Below are positions 16,149 through 17,073 of a stretch of DNA of 17,073 nucleotides, piece after piece. How positions within the stretch are numbered: position 1 is the first letter of the stretch; every line of letters starts with the position of its first letter. The notes beneath the pieces were generated by a model. The model worked only from the letters and a program-made list of their open reading frames with translations. It had not been told where the DNA came from and searched no databases. The position numbers were made by a program, and so were the translations under genes. Source of the stretch: Candidatus Cloacimonadota bacterium. Its GTDB lineage: Bacteria > Cloacimonadota > Cloacimonadia > Cloacimonadales > WRIO01. The stretch lies in contig JAKQQL010000511.1 in assembly GCA_029564175.1 (NCBI GenBank), positions 1-17,073 of the forward strand, written 5' to 3'.

Positions 16149-16812
16149 AACTGTTGTATCTCCAAAATTAGAATATACAATTGTGGCTTCTTCTACATCC
16201 AAAGAAGATAAATCCCTTCTTGGGCCAAAAGTCGTGGTCGATTGTGTATTTCAGGAAGCAGACGTTCCAAATGCTAATGGCCATATGTTTCCTAAATCTG
16301 GTTTAATGTCAGCTATTCAAAAGGCTGGTTCAATTATTACAGATCGAAGATTGTTGGGTGAATTAGATCATCCCGACGATATTACAGATGTTAATAGATT
16401 AGCTACGGTAATGTTAAAGAATGTTGCTATGGTTATTTCTGATTTGAGAATGGATGGCAGCCATGTTGTTGGAAGATTTGAAACTCTTGATACTCCCAAT
16501 GGTGTAATTCTTTCATCCCTTCTGAGAGATAAGGTTAAAGTAGGCGTTTCAATTAGAGCGCTTACAGAACAAGATATTTCTTATGATAATTCTAACGTAA
16601 ATAAGATCAATCAATTTGAATTGGTGACTTATGATGCTGTTCATAATCCGGCATATTCTGATGCTTTTGTTTCTTCAATCGTTTCTAAAACAGTTTTTCC
16701 AGTGGGAAATTTAGAAGTTAATAACAACTTACTTACCCTTGCAAGGGAAGAATTAAAAGAATTCTTGAGTGAATATACAAAGTTAATAGTTGCAAAAATG
16801 AGGAGAGGATAA
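16132..16812 (+). CDS. Prohead protease (T4 gp21-like; probable start 16132)
   Basis: FQEADVPNANG, LLGELDHP, LDTPNG, VGVSIRA, TYDAVHNPA motifs; GAAGGT RBS before ATG 16132. Confidence 0.92.
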   Translation: MRSLIRTVVSPKLEYTIVASSTSKEDKSLLGPKVVVDCVFQEADVPNANGHMFPKSGLMSAIQKAGSIITDRRLLGELDHPDDITDVNRLATVMLKNVAMVISDLRMDGSHVVGRFETLDTPNGVILSSLLRDKVKVGVSIRALTEQDISYDNSNVNKINQFELVTYDAVHNPAYSDAFVSSIVSKTVFPVGNLEVNNNLLTLAREELKEFLSEYTKLIVAKMRRG

Positions 16813-16815
16813 CGG

Positions 16816-17070
16816 ATGCCTAACATTACAATGAGAGATTTGACAAATGGAGCATTGGCCAGTATTGATGAAACCGATGTTGCAAATGAATTTAGCAATC
16901 TAGATGTTGAATTTGGATATGCATTAATGCAAAAACAAAATAGGTTGAATGAAATTATTTCAACAACCGAAAATGTTGAGAGTGAAACCAAATCTCTTCA
17001 AGAACAAAATTCATTTTTGGAAAAATCTTTAAAAAGTGCTCAAGAAGACATTCTAAAAATCATAAATTAA
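16816..17070 (+). CDS. Small coiled-coil hypothetical protein
   Basis: Follows the protease by 3 nt with AGGAGAGG upstream; heptad-like C-terminal half. Confidence 0.7.
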   Translation: MPNITMRDLTNGALASIDETDVANEFSNLDVEFGYALMQKQNRLNEIISTTENVESETKSLQEQNSFLEKSLKSAQEDILKIIN

Positions 17071-17073
17071 TCT

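Noticed and set aside
4018..16991. Short antisense or nested ORFs in the track (4018+, 7034-, 7360+, 8808-, 10891-, 11632-, 13768-, 14105-, 14368-, 14999-, 15202-, 15284-, 15526+, 16641-)
   Set aside because: They largely or fully overlap well-supported genes and have the composition expected of shadow frames of Glu/Lys-rich coding sequence.

Overview
AT-rich segment of a large T4-like (myovirus/jumbo-type) phage genome covering the head and DNA-packaging module. It encodes a gp13-like neck protein, gp17-like large terminase, gp20-like portal, an acidic scaffold-like protein and a gp21-like prohead protease. It also carries two SWIM-finger proteins, a possible sigma-like protein, an HNH-like protein and a partial ADP-ribosyltransferase-like gene missing from the ORF track. 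Three IS200/IS605-superfamily RNA-guided elements sit in the module: one tnpA + frameshifted tnpB element, and two intact, related, non-autonomous iscB + omegaRNA elements (4358-5948 and 11179-12762). The ends of the iscB elements can be read from the sequence. Copy 1 lies exactly between the RBS and the ATG of the gene after terminase. Copy 2 splits codon 4 of the portal gene, and precise removal restores MDENKKPLL... in frame. The inferred guides therefore target the element-free alleles of these start sites. The copies have different inferred TAMs (ATGAA vs ATAAA), which co-vary with the TnpA guide tetranucleotides and with divergent IscB C-termini. All protein assignments rest on motif recognition by eye; no database searches were run.
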